This document shows, piece by piece, positions 33,817 through 39,952 of a DNA stretch of 39,952 bases (position 1 is the first letter of the stretch; each line of letters begins with the position of its first letter). The DNA is from Tubiluchus corallicola. Its lineage: Eukaryota; Animalia; Priapulida. The translations under genes and the position numbers were made by a program. The notes under the pieces are model-generated. The model was given only the letters and a program-made list of their open reading frames with translations. It made no database searches and had not been told where the DNA came from. The DNA lies in NCBI GenBank assembly GCA_030141605.1, contig JAQGDQ010001461.1, positions 1-39,952 of the forward strand, in the 5' to 3' direction.

Positions 33817-35271
33817 GTAAGTCTTGTAATATATCAATAAAACATCAATATATTAATGAAAATCAATGAAACAAACATTGTAGATGGAAACATGGATGTA
33901 TTAGTCAAATTTCTACTTTTTATTTTTGCTAAATAACAGATATTTCACAGGGCACTGTAGGTTTGCTTCTTCATTACTGGTCATTAAATAATAATTACCA
34001 TGGATACTCAAATTCTGTTAAACTTTTAAAGCTACGGGCGGCTCAGTGAATCTACTAAGATAGGCAACGGCGCCTTTTTGTCCCATTCGCGTGGCCGACA
34101 AATAGAAGGCGGCACCGTGATAAGCATGATCATGAACTGCGGTGTTAGTTTCTGACGTCATATGACGTAGAGCCCATTTTCGTGACATCACGCATTTAAG
34201 CAGTAACACGTACGGAAACGTGCTTGACTCGCAGGGGAAGATGCCTATTGTTGCAAAAACTGTGGTTAGTTTCTGACGTAAGCAATAGATGTGTTCGGTT
34301 GCCGCTAATTAACTCTCTAAGGGCTAATTATTCGAATATAAGAAACAACTGCTAACTTTTTACGTAAGAAAATACATGATTTGGATAGTAAATTAGAATG
34401 AGATTGAGCCTAAACAATCATCCGGTTTTCCTTTAAATTAATTATTTGAAATAATACAAAAATCAACCCGTGTTGTGTGACAACTGGCTAGTGGGCTGCA
34501 ATCGCAGACGTCAAATCGAAGGCAATGACATGATGTTAAACATTTCCGTTTTTATAGTGACGTAACTCTCTATTACGCCACTTCGCAAACAACACAAGAC
34601 AAACGTATAAAAACAAGGGCCATAAATTACATCCTCTCACAGGGAAAGACGGGCATTTCTCAATAATTATAATTCATGGCGTATAAAAAGAGCCTGTCCA
34701 CAAAAAGGTTGCACGCACGCAATACAGAAAGTAAACGCAATCTTGACGTTTGCCAGACGTTGTTACGACTTTATCTCAAGATCGCCTGTCTTGCCAATTC
34801 ATTAGCCTGCTATACGTAACGCCTTTAGGGTGTCAGTTTTGCTTGCTGGTGTAATTAATTAATAATGTACAAGTGATCTTTAAGATTAGGCGAGAGAGAT
34901 TGTAAGCTAATTTTCTGATTAAGGTGAGAATAATTACATAAGCTGGTAAAATGTCAGACCTGACAGCACTACGGTTTTTCATCACCTTAATCAGCTAAAT
35001 TGGAAACTTGTGCACCTTGAGTTTAAACTTACAACATTTTTATTAAAGAAAAAGAAGCTTGAATTAAGGCGAACATTTGGAATGGTTTTATTTAAAAAAT
35101 AAAATAGATTGGGTCGAAAGCAGAAGTACGACTCCATTAGAAATTAGTTTAACTCATGCAAACGCAGGTGCGAAAACCTAATTTTGCTCATTAAAAAGCA
35201 CTGCTACTTCACCTAGTCAGTTTCATTCGAGTAATGAAAGCAATTTAAACGAAATCGTCGTCAGCTAAACA

Positions 35272-36976
35272 CAACTGAAATGTGTTCCATTTCAACTGAA
35301 AAGGACTGTGTTTTCCATCTGTATTGAAAAAGACTGTGTGTTCCATTTCAACTGAAAAGGACTGTGTGTTCCAACTGAATTGAAAATGGCTATGTGTTCC
35401 GTCTGTATTGAAAAGGACTGTGTGTTCCATCTGAACTGAAAAGGACTGTGTGTTCCATCTGAATTGAAAAGGACTGTGTGTTCCATCTGTATTGAAAAGG
35501 ACTGTGTGTTCCATCTGAATTGAAAAGGACTGTGTGTTCCATCTGTATTGAAAAGGACTGTGTGTTCGATCTGAATTGAAAATGACTGTGTGTTCCATCT
35601 GAATTGAAAAGGACTGTGTGTTCCATCTGTATTGAAAAGGACTGTGTGTTCGATCTGAATTGAAAATGACTGTGTGTTCCATCTGAATTAGAAAAGACTG
35701 TGTGTTCCATCTGTGTTGAAAAGGACTGTGTTCCATCTGAATTAAAAAAGACTGTGTGTTCCATCTGTATTGAAAAGGACTGTGTGTTCCATCTGAATTG
35801 AAAATGACTGTGTGTTCCATCTGAATTAAAAAAGACTGTGTGTTCCATCTGAATTGAAAAGGACTGTGTGTTCCATCTGAATTAAAAAAGACTGTGTGTT
35901 CCATCTGAATTGAAATAGACTGTGTGTTCCATCTGAATTGAAATAGACTGTGTGTTCCATCTATATTGAAAAGGGCTGTGTGTTCCATCTGAATTGAAAA
36001 TGACTGTGTGTTCCATCTGAATTAAAAAAGACTGTGTGTTCCATCTGAATTGAAATAGACTGTGTGTTCCATCTGAATTGAAATAGACTGTGTGTTCCAT
36101 CTATATTGAAAAGGGCTGTGTGTTCCATCTGAATTGAAAATGACTGTGTGTTCCATCTGTATTGAAAAAGACTGTGTGTTCCATTTCAACTGAAAAGGAC
36201 TATGTGTTCCAACTGAATTGAAAAGGACTGTGTGTTCCATCTGAACTGAAAAGGACTGTGTGTTCCATCTGAATTGAAAAGGACTGTGTGTTCCATCTGA
36301 ATTGAAAAGGACTATGTGTTCCATCTGTATTGAAAAGGACTGTGTGTTCCATCTGAATTGAAAAGGACTGTGTGTTCCATCTGTATTGAAAAGGACTGTG
36401 TGTTCGATCTGAATTGAAAATGACTGTGTGTTCCATCTGAATTAGAAAAGACTGTGTGTTCCATCTGTGTTGAAAAGGACTGTGTTCCATCTGAATTAAA
36501 AAAGACTGTGTGTTCCATCTGTATTGAAAAGGACTGTGTGTTCCATCTGAATTGAAAATGACTGTGTGTTCCATCTGAATTAAAAAAGACTGTGTGTTCC
36601 ATCTGAATTGAAAAGGACTGTGTGTTCCATCTGAATTAAAAAAGACTGTGTGTTCCATCTGAATTAAAATAGACTGTGTGTTCCATCTGAATTGAAATAG
36701 ACTGTGTGTTCCATCTATATTGAAAAGGGCTGTGTGTTCCGTCTGAATTGAAAATGACTGTGTGTTCCATCTGAATTAAAAAAGACTGTGTGTTCCATCT
36801 GAATTGAAATAGACTGTGTGTTCCATCTGAATTGAAATAGACTGTGTGTTCCATCTATATTGAAAAGGGCTGTGTGTTCCATCTGAATTGAAAATGACTG
36901 TGTGTTCCATCTGAATTAAAAAAGACTGTGTGTTCCATCTGAATTGGAAAGGACTGTGTGTTCCATCTGAATTGAA
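35272..36976. repeat. 28-bp minisatellite, about 60 copies
   Basis: Unit ggactgtgtgttccatctgaattgaaaa (35471, 35499 and onward). Confidence 0.97.
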
Positions 36977-37278
36977 TGGGGGGGGGGGGCAAAGAAGCCG
37001 TGCTCCCTTTGGCACTCGCGTAGTTATTTCACAGAACAGTTTAATAAATAATATTTCTACCCATTTACCACCTGTGTCAGTTTCAATTACCTGACTTTAG
37101 AATCCTAAAAAAGAGTGGAGAAAACTGACCTTTAACCATAAACGACCGACCAAGAGCTTTGAGTAACAAGAAAATTATTGACTATTATTCTGAACTGAAT
37201 AACTCTTGCTGCCCTTTTAGTTTTACCTCTTATCAAACGCATTTCTTTATCAAATACACGAATATCCTCTAGGAATTA

Positions 37279-37932
37279 ACATGTTGTTTATTAGCGCAGA
37301 CGAGGGCATGATTTGGACAGGTTCGACTCTGTATTTAACATTTTGCATAAGGCAGCAAATATTCAGGACCGCAGCATAGCAGAGGCCTTACACATTATGA
37401 TGCACTGCCAAATTCTCGATACCCAATTATCATCGGTAGCACCATGCCGCACTCTGTCGATTTCTGTGTTCTAAATTAACTTGACTCTGGATTAGGTCCT
37501 GTGGTGGTCCATGTGAATTACTGAGTTTCTATATTGTTTGGAGAGTTTTAGATTTCTCATAGTGTGTTCCCTCATGTGGTTGTGGATAATGCAAACTTTG
37601 TAAAACATGTATTATTATTACAGTGGTTTGTTTTCTCAGCATGTGGACTTTACCTGGTGTTAAACTAATTATTTGCTGGTTGTTGTGATCTTCACGTCAT
37701 TCTGATATAGAAGGTACTATTTTTATGTTTTCTTTACAGTTTTCTTTATATGAGAACCTCTTTCTAAGTTATTTCTAGTTGTACTCTGACATTCTGAATT
37801 TCACTCTTGTGATAATGATGTAACTTATTTTATGCCTTAGTTAGTAGTGTCGTAATTGTACTAATTATTTGTTGTAGCATTGAAATTATCAGTTGCTGTC
37901 GAAACGATCGTCTGCGCTAATAAACAACATGT
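37279..37932 (+). mobile_element. Probable Penelope-like element remnant bounded by a perfect 25-bp inverted repeat
   Basis: acatgttgtttattagcgcagacga (37279-37303) and its reverse complement (37908-37932); CGAAAC-GATC-GTC followed by AATAAA at the right end. Confidence 0.5.
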
Positions 37933-39027
37933 CATTTTTTTATCATTTTTCCTTCTCCGCATACTCCTTCTCCTTTTAGTGCTTCTATATCCATGCACTT
38001 CGCTGCTGCTAATATGGTCTACACCTTATTTAAGAATCCCACACGATTAGTGTTATTCGTATGAAATTTACACGTCATGTAGCCAATCTTCGGTACCGAT
38101 TTCAATATTTTCTCAAATCAATTGCTAAATTCAATTTCCATTCACTTAAACACTGAGAAGCAGCACTGCTTGAAAAGTGCTACTGAGTTTGAGAAAAACG
38201 CAAATGCTATCTGCCTACGTGCTTATTCTCGTAGTCCTATACAGCATTTGCACGCTTTTAGAAATAAAGTCTTTTCCAACTCAGTAAATTCTGAATTTTT
38301 TAATTATTAGAAACCAAGAATCTGAAACTTGCATATTAAATTTATAAACTTATTGCAGAAGTCGACTGGAGTAACAGTTATCTATGTGAATATTTTTATT
38401 TGCTTTTAGTGTTTCAGCTGCAGTTAGATACTAACATTTTGGCTTTTGCCGCCTCCAATTTATTATGATGCCACAATTTATGACTATAATAATTATTATG
38501 GGCTTAATGTAGGTAAGCTTTCTAAAGACTGCTACTGGCTTCACATACATAAAGCTCTATAACCTATATCCGCTTAAGAATTTGAACAGTAAACCCTTCT
38601 ATAACAGGTGTTAATTACTATGCTCACGCGCCTACCCGTGCCAACTATATCAAGAACAGGTATAATAGTTCAATGTAATTGGTTGTTATGGGGCGTTTAG
38701 AGTTGTGCAACACAGACGAATAACCATTCTCTGGCTTACCCTCTACTATGTATTTAAATGGAAATTCGTTTTAGTATACGATTAGCGTTAGTATAATGAG
38801 TCTAATAATAGACTTTATTGGTAATTAATGCAATACGTTGCAGTATAAATTAAAAATTCCACAATAATATGATGCGCTGTGGAACAAAATACGCATATTT
38901 CACATTTTTATTATCAAAAAGTTATATTGACTTTCCATGTTTCCTTCTAATTTTCCAAAAAAAAGAGAACCTATATTAAGTTGCACCCTTAATTTTTATT
39001 TTGGCCTTAAGGTTAAATACAAAAATA

Positions 39028-39205
<178 letters not shown>

Positions 39206-39849
39206 ATTACTGAATTAATCAAGCTTTTACTGAATTAAAGTTATAAGGTTATAGACAGAGTATAATGGATGACGTCAGAACAATGGCTTTGGGTCTGCAG
39301 TTTTCCAAACGAAAATCGTGCGAAATGGAACCTCCAATAAACTTATCACGGCTCCTCGGGAAGGAAGCGTCCTAAAATATAGCCTGCATCGCCGTGTAGC
39401 CATGTTCTTCGTCTTTCTAAAGAGCCATATATCTCCTTCCAAGAGTCCCACCAGGCGCCGCTAGAACGTTTTTTCTGCAGGCTGTTTGGTCAAAATTTCG
39501 AAAAAATCGCGAGTTGGGTCCGGAAAAACGCCCGTTGCGGGGCGCCGGGGCCCTCTCGCAAATTCTAAATACGCCTATGACACCCACCGCTGAACGGGCT
39601 ATCTATCCATGGCCGGCACCGTCCCCGGCCCGTTCAAGTTCTTCAGAAATAAGAGGTATAAGTTTTGCAAAAAACGGCCGAAAAATGGCCATTTTTGGTT
39701 GGTTTTTCGCCTCCCGTTCCTCCCGGTGGGCCCAATTCGAAAAATAAACCCCCAATGGCACGACACTAGATCGAGACCGTTCGTTTGATGTATAGATCGC
39801 CGCAAATGGTGCCGTCGTCCGAGCTGTAGCCTCGAATCTTATATATATC

Positions 39850-39952
39850 AGCAACAACATCATCATCATCATCAACAACAACAACAACAACAACAGCAAC
39901 AACAACAATAACAATAACAACAACAGCAACAACATCATCATCAACAACAATA
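39850..39952. repeat. (AAC/ATC)n microsatellite
   Basis: Direct reading. Confidence 0.95.

Noticed and set aside
32551-36976. CRISPR array or repeat proteins in the 53-bp and 28-bp arrays
   Set aside because: Head-to-tail monomers with no unique spacers and no cas genes; ORFs cycle through frames as expected for satellites.

Overview
AT-rich eukaryotic (metazoan, probably invertebrate) genomic DNA with GT-AG introns and many repeats. It is not prokaryotic, and most short ORFs in the supplied track are spurious. Three spliced + strand protein genes are readable. (i) Four consecutive exons encode the N-terminal head of USO1/p115 (8068-11030); I found neither its first exon nor any later exon. 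(ii) The last two coding exons of CHCHD7/COX23 (12792-13361) are present, but I found no first coding exon. (iii) UCKL1 (uridine kinase + UPRT-like domain) has ten phase-consistent exons from the ATG at 19506 to 33816 and presumably continues past the window. The first 5.4 kb is a fold-back/tandem arrangement of three copies of one CR1-group LINE ORF2 3' part. Introns and intergenic DNA hold three RTE-clade LINE 3' fragments, two tRNA-derived SINEs, a MITE family with 6-bp TSDs (3 copies), a Tigger/pogo-like MITE, a Harbinger-like MITE carrying a 53-bp satellite nested in a LINE, a probable Penelope-like remnant with a decayed hammerhead motif, and several minisatellites. The two most interesting signals are (a) a 5S rRNA-headed SINE at 17021-17592, with a 63-bp target-site duplication, whose 3' tail matches the RTE LINE 5 kb downstream, and (b) the frame-compatible juxtaposition of truncated USO1 with headless CHCHD7. 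All identifications are by eye and from recalled family knowledge; no database searches were run.
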